DNA of 64,000 bases. Source: Gnetum montanum (lineage: Eukaryota; Plantae; Gnetophyta). The stretch covers positions 1 to 64,000 of the forward strand of contig MNCI01002654.1 in the NCBI GenBank assembly GCA_015680685.1. The letters are read 5' to 3'. The notes beneath the pieces are model-generated. The model worked only from the letters and a program-made list of their open reading frames with translations. It did not search any database and was not told where the DNA came from. Every line of letters begins with the position of its first letter. The stretch's first letter is position 1. Made by a program: the position numbers and the translations under genes. Positions 36,586 through 50,872 of the stretch are shown piece after piece.

Positions 36586-38491
36586 GTTTGAATTTTTCTA
36601 CTTATGGTTTGCAGCATGGATTTTATTTTATTGAAATCTTAGTACCCGCCGTCTTAGATTGGTGATTGGTAAATGAAAGGTAACAATTCAAACATCTTTA
36701 TCTATGTAAGTAGATATTTATTAACAAGTTATGCTTTTCTAAATATCTTTAAAATGATGAACTCTAGGCCTAACTCCAATCTTACAATTTTTTAATATGC
36801 TACTGAGTGAGCTTTCATTTTGCAAGTTGTTTATTTCTTTGTATAAAAAACCATATGAATTTTATATATAATAATGTTGAATAAACAAAGAAAGAAAGAG
36901 AATGTAGTTTGTCTTTTAGGGAAAAGATTGGATGAGTCTTAGGTGCACTAATGCAGAATAAATAAATAAATAAAATAAAAACTGAATCTATTTATGGAGT
37001 CATAAACTTGTCCATGGAATCCTACATATTTTCATTAAAGTAAAAGAAAAAAATTTCAATTTTTAACATTTATCTCTTATTCTGAAAATTTATTGTTACT
37101 TTTAAAAAATCAAACTCAAATCTTGTGTGAGGCACAAAAATGCTAAAAACTCTTGAACAAAGGCTGAAAACTAGACGTAAGAAATAGTAAGCGGATGAAA
37201 AAGTTTAATGTGTTAGATGTTTAAAAGAGAAAATGGTATTTTTACATCTTTTAATTAAAATGAATGATGTATGGATGTATAGAAGAAGATAATAAGAATC
37301 AACCTGGTTTTAGTTGAAATTAAAGGCAACCACGTAAGATGCGTAAGACGCATTAATACCATGTCAGAGTTGTGAGATGGAATTTTTACCTGGTTTTAAA
37401 GAAAAGTAGAAAACAATGTTCTCGCAAACTTGTCACTTTATGCTCCTTGCACGGTGACACTAATCACTCATTCGTTGAGAAACCGAAACAGCAATTCTCA
37501 TCGGTAATTGTAGAAATGAATATAATGAAGATAAAAAATTTAATATTTAAATGATTTCTTTTAAGAAAAATGATATCTACGTCAGATGAGAAATAGATGC
37601 GTTTTTGAAAAATAAATAAAAACATGCAGCAGCTGATAAAGTTGAAATTAAAAAGATTTTTTAAAAATAAGGAAAATTTGAAGTCATAATTCAAAAGAAT
37701 TAATAAAATTGCCCACAGGTAAGAATTGCTTCTCTAATTTCAACTATGTACACATAAAATCTTACCGCTAAATTACTCACGACAGTCCATATTTGATTAT
37801 GCCATTTAAACTTAACCGATTGTAATGTGCACGCCAAAGTGATTCGATCTTGTTTAATGAAGATGTCGAGATTTCCTATGAACATCTATACGAGGTTCCT
37901 GAGGATTAGATGTTAAGCAGGGCCAAGTTGTTTTCCTCATTTTTGATTTAGCATTATGAATAAGTTCTGCCTCAAATTATAGACAAGATTATTTAGCATT
38001 ACCAATAAAATAAATTCTCACTATTTTATGACTAAGAGTTGGATTCTTGGGCCAAAATGACGTGTCCAAAAAGTATATATTGATATACTTTTAAAAATAC
38101 TAGTAAATTTTCCATCATTTATTGAAGGAAAAGTTTAGCGTAGCGTACTTTCACACAAATCAAAGGTCACCTTAACGTTCATTAACTTTCTTGTCTGACT
38201 GACTCTGTACAATGCACGATACAGCACAATGCGTGTAAAGTGCATCATGTGCATATGTATCATCAATTTCCTTAGAATCTATTTATGCTGTCAAATATAT
38301 ATAGAGACATGCCGAAAACTATTATTCAAAATGAAAGTTAAATGGTTTAATTTTACCCTCGCTGTAAAAATGCTACACATCTGGATGCCAAAAACTATTT
38401 TATCTGTCCCTGCTGTACATGTATTATCAATTTCTTTGGAATTTACTTATTCTTCTACATATGCCAAGGAGAGATGCTCAACATATTTATT

Positions 38492-41400
38492 CATAAATGA
38501 AAGTTAAATGGCTCAATTTGCGATGGCTCTATGTAGATTACATGGCTATTAAGGGGAGAGAGGGTGTTGGAACCCCTAAATAATTGTATATAGGTAAACA
38601 CCAAGATATATAGTCCAATTAGAATTTTATAAGGTATTGGACCTTTAAAAAATGTTAATAATAAGCAAAAAGTCAAACTACATCACAAGTTTGATAGTGA
38701 GTAGACATTATAAAAAAAATACATGAACTTTTTTTTTAATTTTTGGACTATCTACTCAGGTGTACAAAAGAAAATTAGAACTTTATAACTCAACGTTGCC
38801 CACCGAAATCGAACATAGTTGTCAAAAGCCTTCATATTGTATGTGTTTATGATTTAAGGAATTCTTTAACATATTTGAATGGATATATTTATTATGAATT
38901 TGAAAATTAGAAAATAAAGTGCATTATAATAACGTAAGAAAATTAAATGTACATTTAAAGAATTCCTAAAATTCATGGCATGGAAATGGTGTGCTTTGTA
39001 AAAGAATTATATACAATGATGAGCATGATATAGAATGGAATTGTATTCATGGGTCAAAATTAGGCAATTAATAACTTAGCTTATGTTAGGTTTAATTTAT
39101 CTTATCTAATCATTAAAAGAACATAAGTGTTACTTGTGCTCAAAATATTTTAGTAAAAACTACTTCCGAAATAGTATAACAAAACATAATTATTACCTAA
39201 TTCAACCTACTCATTTTTAAAGTAAAATAAATATTCAAAGACATATGAACTAGCTTCTTTGTCAACTTACAAACAAAGCTAACATTTGAGGCAATGTGCA
39301 ACAAGAGTAACAAAAGATAACATAGACATATTACATCTGAGACAAAGCTTTCCTTTTAAATCTAAGAAACAATTCTTGTAATTTTTCAAAAAAATTTCTT
39401 AAGATAGTCATACCTTTCTTCAAGTATGTTGATATCTTCTTCATCACTTGAGTTTCCATCATCCTCTTGTCATGTGGAGGCTATAGCCATTCATGCAAGG
39501 TAAGTGTTGGATGTGCCATCTTACTCCATTTCTTTCTTACTAACCTCTTCTTCTTCATCCCATTTTCTCATAAGGAATTTTCATTTTTCCTTTAGTTTGG
39601 TTTCATCTTGCAATCTTTTAGTACTTGTACATTCCAAGGTAAGATGTTTTCATCCATTTCAAAACCAACAAATAATATTCATAATATCTATAGAGTGGAT
39701 CTTGATACCTTACTAGAGGGCTTACCTCTTGCTTCTCTATTTCTAGTTCTTTGTCTTTCTTCATTGAGATGGTTAGCTAGCAACCTACTAACTCTTCTAG
39801 TAAGAAACACTAGCTCCAAATCATCAAGATCATCATTTTTATAATACATGGAGGTCTCACTTTATGTTTTTTTNTCATGATTTAGTGTTCTAACTATCTT
39901 GCAAATAACGTCACTATCGAGAAGGTATTAAACTATCCCTTTAATAGAACTAAGATGATCACATATCTAATTGAAGTACTAATGAACCCTCTCATCTTTT
40001 CTCATTCCAAGATTTTCAAAATGATTTAGCTATGGAAGCACTTTTGATTACTTGACTACTTTGGTATCCTCATAAATTATCTCTAGTGTATCTTAAACTT
40101 CCTTAGTTGTCTTACAATGGTTGACTTGATTATACTCTTCTTGTGTCAAGGTGGACACCATGGCATTTCTAGGCTTTGAATCACTTATGAAGGCCTTCTT
40201 ATCATTTTTGTCCCATTTTTATCATTCCTTTACCAGTGTTACGTATGCATCAATGACATTTTGTTACACATCAAGCTCAAAAGATTCTAAGCACGTTTTT
40301 ACTTGTTCTTTCCAAAGGACATAGTTAATGCCCTCAAAAAGAGGTCATCATGCAAGTAATATCCCCTATTGTACTTTGATATTGGAATAATTTATTAGAT
40401 CGAGGAGAGAGTAAGTAAACTAGCTCCAACACTACTTATGGATTGGTTAAATCAGAAGGAGGGGATGAATGAGTTATAATAAAAATTAAAGTTTAAATAA
40501 AATATTAAATAAAATTGTAAAACAAAACTAAACTCACCAATGTATGTTGTTAAAGATCACCACCATAAAATGCCACTTGAATTCAAAAATGTAATAGAGG
40601 CTACCACTATGATAGATCCTTGGATGCTATGCACTCCTCGTAGGATGAGCAATGATCTTAGTATCTCATAGAAATTCCAAGAATCTTGAAGGGTTGAACA
40701 ACTAGTTATGATGCTCTCATAGGACACACTCACAAACCTCTTAGGGTTCATGCAAAGAATCAAATACTTAAACCCATCAGGGTTCCAGTGTAAAACTCCT
40801 TGCAATGATGATCTATGCTTCATAGAGCATAGTGGAATATAATACAAAGAAATATGTGAACAAAGAGATATAACAATCACATCTACACCAATTTAGCTCA
40901 TAATAGGGCAATGAAACAATAAGCTTTAGGTTTAGAACTACACATGCAAAATAAAATAATGGATAAGAAATGGATCTATGCAATATGCATCCAAGAATAA
41001 ATCAAGCCCTAGGAGAGGGATGTAACTCTCATGGCACAACTTTCAAATCAAACTTTTAAGCTTTTTCATATTTCAATCAAGAACTAATCCAATCCTTGAA
41101 TCTCAATGGTTACCTTATGAATGTATGTGCATACCATGTAGGATGGATCTAGGTACTTACCTAAATAGATATCAAACCATGTACGTTTTCTACTTCAAAC
41201 TATATTTAGAGAAAATTCTTTTTATTTTCTATAATGGCTATCTTGGACATCCTAAATATGGCATGGATGTCCCCATTAAAAAGGTTGAGTCTCAAGTTGG
41301 GTGTCTAGGACATGCTAGGACATTGGTCTTTTCATCTACTCTGGCTTTGCTTAGATATTCACAATGAACGCTTAGACATCTAGGACTTGGATTTCTTGCA

Positions 41401-42009
41401 TCTAATCTTTGACATCTAATGCTAGGATGCCTAGGCTTAAATTTGGAGCGTTTGGATTGGAAGCATACTGACTTATGAACTTGGACTACTATCTTCTTGG
41501 ACATTTGAAATGCATCGAGAGTTAAGAAAGAAGCTTGATCCTTGTCCTCCACATATCCCAAAATCCTTAATCTGGCTTCCTTAAATTGTGCCTTATTGTG
41601 GTGTTTATTGGTTCAGTTAGAAGTTGAAACACAACAACAACGAAGCATACTTCTCCATTGGCTAATTTTTAGACCACTACAAAATGACATAGGCCAACAT
41701 TTATAACTTTTGCTATCTATTTTGTAAAAGTTAAGAAAATGTTTCTTGAGTTACCATGTCTGTGAAATTTTCCAATGACTAATAAATTGGTCAAGCTTGT
41801 TTGGACTTTTGGGGATCCATGGATTGATAAGGAAAAATTTAGTATTCTCTTCAAGCATTTCTACATGAAGAGGAAAGCACCAGTTAAACCACTGTAGAAG
41901 CCATTGATATAAGAGAAGTTATTACCATAAAAAAAACTTGAAAGTTTTCAATAGTAGTTTTAAATATTTCTAAAAATTTTGTAAATTTTTAATCTACTTA
42001 GAGTTTTTT
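38492..42009 (+). repeat. Segmental duplication copy A
   Basis: Collinear with 47698-50872, roughly 95% identical by eye. Confidence 0.93.
39410..41639 (-). mobile_element. SIRE-like Copia remnant: 5' LTR (~40437-41639), degenerate PBS, gag (duplicated at ~48615-50500)
   Basis: GGAGGGGATGAAT resembles the reverse complement of the SIRE ATTCACCCCCC motif and lies next to a PBS-like GCTCCAACACTA. Gag reads PLFEGINYVLWKEQVK; knuckle remnant CWF*NG*KHLTLEC. Confidence 0.65.
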
Positions 42010-42499
42010 GATGAAGGTCATTTTCTTGCAGTAACAGCTAACGACTAACTTGTTGGTGCCACTACGGATCTCTTTTCTGGCTACGACATCATGTTAGCGA
42101 TCTCGTGTTCCATGGCAGACATCAGTGTTGCCGTTGGGTGCCCCGTTTCTTCCTGTGATAGGGTTCTTGGTCCTCACGAGCTGCTGTGCTATGCAGAAAC
42201 ACTACTATTCGTGGTTTTTTCTTTTATTGAGTTAATCTTGGCTATTGGGGCTATTGGCACCATTTGCATCTTGTGATGATGTGCAGCAGTTTGGGGGCTC
42301 TTGCCCCTAGTGGGTTGTGGTCTGAGTTGTGGATGAAGACACGCACACTGGTGGTGAGGGTTTTCCTATAGTCAAGATAGCAGAATGGTGCCAGGAAAGT
42401 GCGTGGCGCAAGGGTGGACAAGTCGCAATGATGGATTCATCAAGTTTTCCTTTTCCTTAGGGAAGTTCATCTACCTCATCTCAAATTGATTTTCTTTTA

Positions 42500-43512
42500 T
42501 CGGATGATATTTTTGAAGCATTTTCTAAACATTTCGCATCTCGTTTTATTTTTTTTAGATTGTGGGGCTTTTACCAAGGCCCCCAAGTTTAAACACTCAA
42601 GTCCATAGCCTCGTTCATCTGCATGGAATTCAGGTTTCTCATGCTCGATACTATGCTCATCATTTCATTTTGGTAGAATTATTTGATGCCTCTCAAGTCG
42701 AAAAGGCTCTCTCTAAAAAAAATTTTCCAACAAGAAATGCAACCCTAATCACATGCACCTGGAGTATTAACTTTAATGTCAATGACCTAGCTTTTAATAT
42801 AATTCCTTGTTACGTGGAACTGCCCAATCTTCCACTGATTTTCTCATTTGTTGAGAGGGTCATTGTGAGCACCCTGGGCCCTATTATTTCCAATCATTGT
42901 ACGGCGATCAATGGAACTCAAATTCACCATTATTGTATTGAACTGGATATAGCCCTTGGAAAGACCTCATTAACCCTTGTTGCTGGTGGAAAACTCTTCA
43001 CCCAAAAAGTGGAGTATTTTTACCTTCCAAACTCATGTAGCTATTGTCACAGGGCCGAGAATCATATCTCGGCATGTCCTATCCTAGCCAGGAAGAAACA
43101 ACCTATAGCATCTTAGAAGACTTGTTCCTTAGTCACACTAGTAGGACCACCCTCAGTATCCTTTAAATTTGGATCTCTTTCCCCAAAAACTCCTCAATCC
43201 TCCTCTTAATCTAGCCACTCCAAGCTACAGAAACAACAGTCAGGTACTCACATCTCCACCCATGTCATCCCTTCAAATGTTGTCAAGAACTCATTCTCAA
43301 AGGATGAGTTTGTGGTGGCCAGTGGAAGGAAACGAGTCAAAGCTTCCTTTAGTTCTACTCCTCCCTCCAACTCCTCTTCACTAGACACTTCCATGGCCCT
43401 TGTCCCCACCAACAACTCTTTTTCCCTCCTATCAGGAACAAAGGAAACTGATACTTCGACTTCCGAACCTTCCATTGACCTCCCATCCAAACTACCCCTT
43501 ATTTCCCCATGA
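42500..43512 (+). pseudogene. L1 ORF1 (RRM/DUF4283-like + Zn knuckle + Ser/Pro tail)
   Basis: IPCYVELPNLPL...LGPII...CIELD...VEYFYLPNSCSYCHRAENHISAC. Confidence 0.75.
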
Positions 43513-46500
43513 ATCTTCTTTCTTGAAACATTCGAGGCCTTACTGGTAGGCTTCGACAAAAGCAAGAGGGAAACTTTATATCTAGTCTTAATATGATTTT
43601 TGATTTCATTCTTCTTCAAGAAATTAAGATCTCAGTTGACCTTTTATCCTATTCCACCCAATCGTTTCTTCCTCACTCCTAAATCCTAGCGACGTCACAT
43701 GCTAGTGGGAAAGGAGGCAAGGCCATTCTCCTCTCACCCAACTGGAAAACTAAAATCTTTCAAAGTGGTTCTGATTCTAAGCATAGAGTTTCTTGGGCCA
43801 CCTTCTCATCCCGGCATGGCCCTTTTGGCATTTTCTCGACATATGCCCCAAATGACTCCATAGAACGGGCTCTCCTTTGGAAAGAACTTGCAACTTCTCT
43901 TTCCCCAATGCCTTGGATATTCAAAGGAGATTTTAATATGGTAGAATTCCCTCAAGATAAGCTTAGAGGGGTGTTTCTTCAACTTTCCAATCTTGAGTAT
44001 CTGACTTGGTCCGCTTTCAAGAAAAGATTTTACCTCTCAGAAGGGGTGGAAAACTCCAGGTGTGTTCCCCTCCATAGATTTACCTGGAGCAATCTCCATC
44101 TTGGATAGGCTCGCATCTACAGCAGGTTAGATAGGTTCTATTTCTCCACCCTTTCCTTTTGGCAAGCCTTCTCTGCCACTACAGTTCATCACCATGCCAC
44201 CTTATCCAGCCATCTTCCCATCTCCATATCTATCAAGATTCATGGTAGCCGTGATTGACAAAATTCCATCTTTTTAGACTACACAATAACTATTTTTCTT
44301 CCCCAAGTGCCCAATTTCTTCTATCCAACCTTTGGAATGCCGAACCTAGGCCCCTAAATCAGGTGGGTTGGATTAATTTATGGCATCGTGCTTCATGTCG
44401 AGTGCAAAACTTTGCTCGTTCGTATGGTAAGACGGTGGCTGCTCAAGCCAAACATGAATAAAAAAAATTCACCTCACTATTGAACATTTCATTATTAAAC
44501 TAGCTTAAGATCCCTTCAATACTCTAGTTCATGAGGAGCTAGCTAGAGCACGCATTGCCTTCCAACATTGGGAAGTGTACCGAGCTCAAAGTGCCTTAAC
44601 TAAAAGGCTCACTTGGTTAAATATTCAAGATGGACACTGTAAGGAATTTTTTAAATATCTTAATAATGCTTCCCCTTTGCATGCTATTGACAAAATCTCA
44701 TGTGATGATACCACCATTACTGACCACAATAGTATCCTCTCTTTTCTTAAGAACCACTATGAAACCCTTTTTGCAGCTACCCGAATGGACATCTCTTCGT
44801 TCAGGGATACCACCCTTGATTATCCTAGCCTTATTAATCCCACTATGCTACAAAGTCTTGATGTTGATATCACTCTGGTGGAGCTACAGGAGGCTTGTTC
44901 CAAGTTAAGTGAAGGAAAGGCTCTTGGTTATGATGGTTTTCTTGTAGAGTTTTTTCAAAGTCATTGGGAATTATTGGGAAAGGATCTTTTGTAGGTCATT
45001 AACGAGGCTCTCTTAATTGGTTCCCTTGGGTCCAATCTAAATCAAGGGGTAATTAGTCTCCTCCCCAAGTTTGGGGATCTAACTAATATCTCCAATTGGC
45101 ATCCCATAACTCTTCTCAATGTAGTGTATAAAATTTGGGCGAAGTGCCTTGCCTTATGGTTGGAAAAAATTCTTGGTCAGATCATATCTCCATAGCAAAT
45201 AGGATAGTTTCCTGGTAAATATATTTTAGACAATGTGGTTGTGGCATGGGAAGGTCTCAAGTGGGTTGAGGATGATGGACAAGATATTCTCCTTGGGAAA
45301 CTTGATTATGCCAAGGCTTATGACAACATTAAGTGGGATTTTATCTTGTAGAGTATGACCAAACTTGGTTTTTGACCTAGGTTCTTGCATATGGTGAAAT
45401 ACTTATTCTCAAATGCTACTACAAGAATTACCACTACCTTCGGCATTACCTCTCCCTTTCCAATACATAGGTCTGTGCCGCAAGGTTGTCCTATCGCCCC
45501 CTATCTCTTTATCATCACATTAGACTTTCTTTGTCATCAAATTAACCTAGACATTCAAACTAAATTTCTCACTAGGGTTTTCCTTTCCTCCTCTCAACAA
45601 CAGCTTCTCAATATGCACTTCACCGATGACTTCTTTTTCTAGTTCAAAACACAACCACCAATTTGCACCGCCTCTTATTAAGGGTGGAGCAATATTGCAC
45701 ACTCTCAAGTTCCACAATTAATTGGAATAAATCCTCTATTTATGGATTTAAGGGAAATTACAAACATGTGACCAACTATAATTGGAAGTAACTTTAGGAT
45801 CAATACATCGTTAAGATTCTAGAAATTCCTTTCCGTTTTAGAGGTTCAACATCTATTCTTTGGGAGCAANGAATTCCTTTCCGTTTTAGAGGTTCAACAT
45901 CTATTCTTTGGGAGCAAGTTATTTATTGAATTCAAAAGAAACTCGACAAATGAAAAACTAAACCCCTCACACTTGTAGGTAAATACCTTGTATGTAAGTC
46001 CATATGAGTGTCCACCCATGTGTATTACTCTTCATGTTGGGCCCCCTCCCAAGCTGCCTACCAGAAGCTAGAATGGTTATTTCGTGACTTTATGTGGTCC
46101 TCCAAGGATTCTCAAAAAGGCTTTCATTGTGTCACTTGGAATATTATTACTCTCCCCAAGAATAAGGGTGGCTTAGGCCTTTTGAACTCCTATAAGCAAG
46201 GAATTACCCTGGTTGCTAAGTGGTTGGTATAGCATTTAGATGCCTCAGATATTATAGGGACCCTCCTCTAATTAAGGCTTCATCAAGCATTTCCTAAAAA
46301 TAATCCCTTCTAGAAATGCATCCATTTTGTCAATTGGATCCTTTCCCCCCTCACTATCATTCTTCCTGGATCTCACGTTTTCAAAAGCATTTGGAGGGCT
46401 TGGCAAATTCTACACACTCACATTGATTGGACTAATGTTAAAGTCAACCCTACTATCCTCTCTAGAGTGTGTCCATGGTGGTTACCCCTGTCACCCACTC

Positions 46501-47370
46501 CCCTTGCTATCACAAATGCTATAGTGGCTACCTCGTGGTATTGAAAGGGTGTCATTTCCTTGAATTATTTTAGGCTAGTTAGTCGTTGGATTTTAGGGGT
46601 CCAGTTTAACACTTTGTATGGGGAGTCAGCTACAATGAACCATTTCCTACTTCAAACTTACTCTTTTCTCCACAGTCACTGGCATCTTGATGTTACAGTG
46701 CAAAGCCTTTTTCATGGCCTTCAATGGCTTAATGGGGTTAAACTCTTGTCCTCCTGGCCATCTATCCCCTTTCATCTCATGCATAACCCATCTGAAGTCA
46801 TTCAACGTTGTAATAAGTATTGGCACAAATAAGAGTCAGTAACATTTTGAATCCCTCTCTTCCAACATATTTGGAAACTTCTGACCCTCTCCAAAATTAA
46901 GCAATTCCTCTGGTGTCTCCTCCACCATGGTCTACCTATCGAAAATATCTGGGGATTCCCAATCCCAATTGCCCTCTATGTGGTGGACAAGATGACTTTT
47001 TCCATGTATTTTGGCAATGTCCCTTTGCTCAACATGCATGGTAGTGGGCTTCTAAAGCTTTTTCATCATACAAGTTATCCCAAGAGGATGCCATATTCGG
47101 ATTCTTGAACATTACTTCTGCTAATCTTAATTTTTTGTGGAAATTTATTAGGCCTACTATTTTATATTATATTTGAAAGTGAAGATGCAATGTTCTATTT
47201 CAAAAGATAGATTATTCTAATAAATTTTTTCTTACCAGGTTGGAGAAGTTGTAGATCTTTTGCCTCACCCATTTTCAACTCACATCTCAAGCATCCAAGT
47301 TCAATCTGGATAGTCATCAATTGGTTCATCTCTTGCAGCTATGGGAAAGACTTGTGTTTTCCAGTTACAC
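43509..47370 (+). pseudogene. L1 ORF2 (endonuclease, reverse transcriptase, zf-RVT)
   Basis: MNLLS*NIRGL; LQEIK; YAPND; GDFN; SRLDRFY; KLDYAKAYD; QGCPIAPYLF; FTDD; GGLG; CPLC...HVFWQCPFAQHAW. Confidence 0.92.
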
Positions 47371-47697
47371 TTAGCATCAGTAATCTTTGCAAGGAAGCTT
47401 TTCCTTTTTATTACGTGGAGTCACCATTGGAACTCTCTCTATCCTTAATTGAGAGCTCTTTGCCTCTTCTAATTCTATGTCATTCTATTTTATAACAAGC
47501 CAGTATGTGTGGACATTTGGGTGTGCCCCAACTTGGGTTTCCTCCTTTAATACTTTTTTATTTCTAAGGCATTTCCCGAGTGTCATTCATAATTCTCTTA
47601 GTTTTCCCTTTCCTTTAACCCTATGACTTATTCAAGTTGTTGTAATTAATGCACCTTTAATTTCAATAAAACTTCTTTTTGGTGTCTGACATCCCCC

Positions 47698-50600
47698 CAT
47701 AAATGAAAGTTAAATGGCTCAATTTTCCATGGCTCTATGTAGATTACATGGCTATTAAGGGGAGAGAGGGTGTTGGAACCCCTAAATAGTTGTATATAGG
47801 TAAACACCAAGATATATAGTTCAATTAGAATTTTATAAGGTATTGGACATTTAAAAAATGTTAATAATAAGAAAAAAGTCAAACTACATCACAAGTTTGA
47901 TAGTGAGTAGAAATTATAAAAAAAATACATGAATTGTTTTTTTAATTTTCGGACTATCTACTCATGTGTACAAAAGAAAATTAGAACTTTATAACTCAAC
48001 CTTTCCCACCGAAATTGAACATAGTTGTCAAAAGCCTTCATATTGTATGTGTTTATGATGTAAGGAATTATTTAACATATTTGAATGGATATATTCATTA
48101 TGAATTTGAAAATTAGAAAACAAAGTGCATTATAATAATGTAAGAAAATTAAATGTACATTTAAAGAATTCCTGAAATTCATGGCATGGAAATGGTGTGC
48201 TTTGTAAAAGCATTATATACAATGATGAGCATGATATAGAATGGTATTGTATTCATGGGTTAAAATTAGGAAATTAATAACTTAGCTTATGTTAGGTTTA
48301 ATTTATCTTATCTAATCATTAAAAGAACATAAGTGTTACTTGTGCTCAAAATATTTTAGTAAAAACTACTTCCGAAATAGTATAACAAAACATAATTATT
48401 ACCTAATTCAACCTACTCATTTTTAAAGTAAAATAAATATTCAAAGACATATGAACTATCTTCTTTGTCAACTTAAAAAGAAAGGTAACATTTGAGGCAA
48501 TGTGCAACAAGAGTAACAAAAGATAACATAGACAGATTACATCTGAGACAAAGCTTTCCTTTTAAATCTAAGAAAAAATTGTTGTAATTTTTCAAATATT
48601 TTTCTTAAGATAGTCATACCTTTCTTCAAGTATGTTGATATCTTCTTCATCACTTGAGTTTCCATCATCCTCTTGTCATGTGGAGGCTATAGCCATGCAT
48701 GCAAGGTAAGTGTTGGAGGTGCCATCTTACTCCATTTCTGTCTTACTAACCTCTTCTTCTTCATCCCATTTGCTCATATGGAATTTTCATTTTTCCTTTA
48801 GTTTGGTTTCATCTTGCAATCTTTTAGTACTTGTACATTCCAAGGTAAGATGTTTTCATGCATTTCAAAACCAACAAATAATATTCATAATATCTATAGA
48901 GTGGATCTTGATACCTTACTAGAGGGCTTACCTCTTGCTTCTCTATTTCTAGTTCTTTGTCTTTCTTCATTGAGATGGTTAACAATAATCTTACTAACTC
49001 TTCTAGTAAGAAACACTAGCTCTAGATCATCAAGATCATCATTGTTATAATACATGGAGGTCTCACTTTATGTCTTTTTGCTCTTATCAAGTATTGCTTG
49101 ATTTGAAAAAAGAATGATAGAATCATTCTTGAGTAATCCTTCCTCAACTAAAGTCATCTCATAAGTGGTGAGAGCACTTTGAATTTTCTCCAATTTTAAT
49201 GTATCAAAATCTCTTACCTCTTCCATCACAATGGTCTTCGTCTTATACTCATGATTTAGTGTTCTAACTATCTTGGAAATAACGTTACTATCGAGAAGGT
49301 ATTAAACTATCCCTTTAATAGAACTAAGATGATCACATATCTAATTGAAGTACTGATGAATTCTCTCATCTTTTCTCATTCTAATATTTTCAAACTGATT
49401 TAGCTATGGAAGCAACTTTGGTTACTTGACTACTTTGGTATCATCATAAATTATCTCTAGTGTATCTCAAACTTCCTTAGTTGTCTTACAATGGTTGAAT
49501 TGATTATACTCTTCTTGTGTCAAGGTGGACAACATGGCATTTCTAGCCTTTGAATCACTTATGAAGGCCTTCTTATCATTTTTGTCCCATTTTGATCATT
49601 CCTTTACCAGTGTTACGTATCCATCAATGACAGTTTGTTACACATCAAGCTCAAAAGATTCTAAGCATGTTTTTACTTAATCTTTCAAAGGACATAGTTA
49701 ATGCCCTCAAAAAGAGGTCATCATGCAAGTAATATACCCTATTGTACACTAATTTAGCTCATAATAGGGTAATGAAACAATAAGCGTTAGGTTTAGAACC
49801 ACACATGCATAATAAAATAAAGGATAAGAAATGGATCTATGCAACATGCATCCAAGAATAAAAAAAGTCCTAGGAGAGGGATGTAACTCTGATGGCAGAA
49901 CTTTCAAACTAAACTTTTAAGCTTTTTCATATTTCAATCAAGAACTTATCCAATCCTTGAATCTCAATGATTACCTTATGAATGTATGTGCATACCATGT
50001 AGGATGGATCTGGGTACTTACCTAAATAGATATCAAACCATGTAAGTTCTCTACTTCAAACTAGATTTAGAGAAAATTCTTTTTGTTTCTTGTAATGGCT
50101 ATCTTGGACATCCTAAATATGGCATGGATGTCCCCATTAAAAAGTTTGAGTCTCAAGTTGGATGTCTAGGGCATTCTAGGACATTGGTCTTTTCATCTAC
50201 TCTCGGTTTGCTTAGATATTCACAATGAAGGCTTGGACATTTAGGACTTGGATTTCTTGCATCTAATCTTTGACATCTAATGCTAGGATGCCTGGGCTTA
50301 GATTTGGAGCATTTGGATTGGAAGCATACTGACTTATGAACTTGGACTACTATCTTCTTGGACATTTGAAATGCATCGAGAGTTAAGAAATAAGCTTGAT
50401 CCTTATCCTCCACATATCCCTGAATCCTTAATTTGGCTTCCTTAAATTGTGCCTTGTTGTGGTGTTTATTGGCTCAGTTAGAGGTTGAAACACAACAAAA
50501 ACCAAACATACTTCTCCATTGTCTTGTTTTTAGACCACTACAAAATGACATAGGCCAACATTTACAACTTTTGCTATCTATTTTGTAAAAGTTAAGAAAA

Positions 50601-50872
50601 TGTTTCTTAAGTTACCATGTCTGTGAAATTTTCCAACAACTAATAAATTGGTCAAGCTTGTTTGGACTATAGGGGATCCATGGATTGATAAGGAAAAATT
50701 TAGTATTCTCTTTAAGCATTTCTACATGAAGAGGAAAGCACCAGTTAAACCACTGTAGAAGCCATTGATATAAGAGAAGTTATTACCATAAAAAAAACTT
50801 GAAAGTTTTCAATAGTAGTTTTAAATATTTCTAAAAATTTTGTAAATTTTTAATATCTACTCAGATTTTTTT
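47698..50872 (+). repeat. Segmental duplication copy B (lacks ~40373-40885 of copy A)
   Basis: Starts CATAAATGAAAGTTAAATGGCTC exactly as at 38492. Confidence 0.93.

Larger units (their letters stand above)
42010..47670 (+). mobile_element. L1-clade LINE, near full length, degraded
   Basis: ORF1 with Zn knuckle; ORF2 with APE, RT and zf-RVT domains; AATAAA at ~47664. Confidence 0.92.

Noticed and set aside
45822-45918. ~47-bp tandem duplication in L1 ORF2
   Set aside because: Centred on the n at 45870; assembly overlap.
38492-50872. Reading the 3.5-kb repeats as LTRs of a giant element carrying an L1
   Set aside because: No TG..CA termini, PBS, PPT or TSD; the repeats are mosaics.
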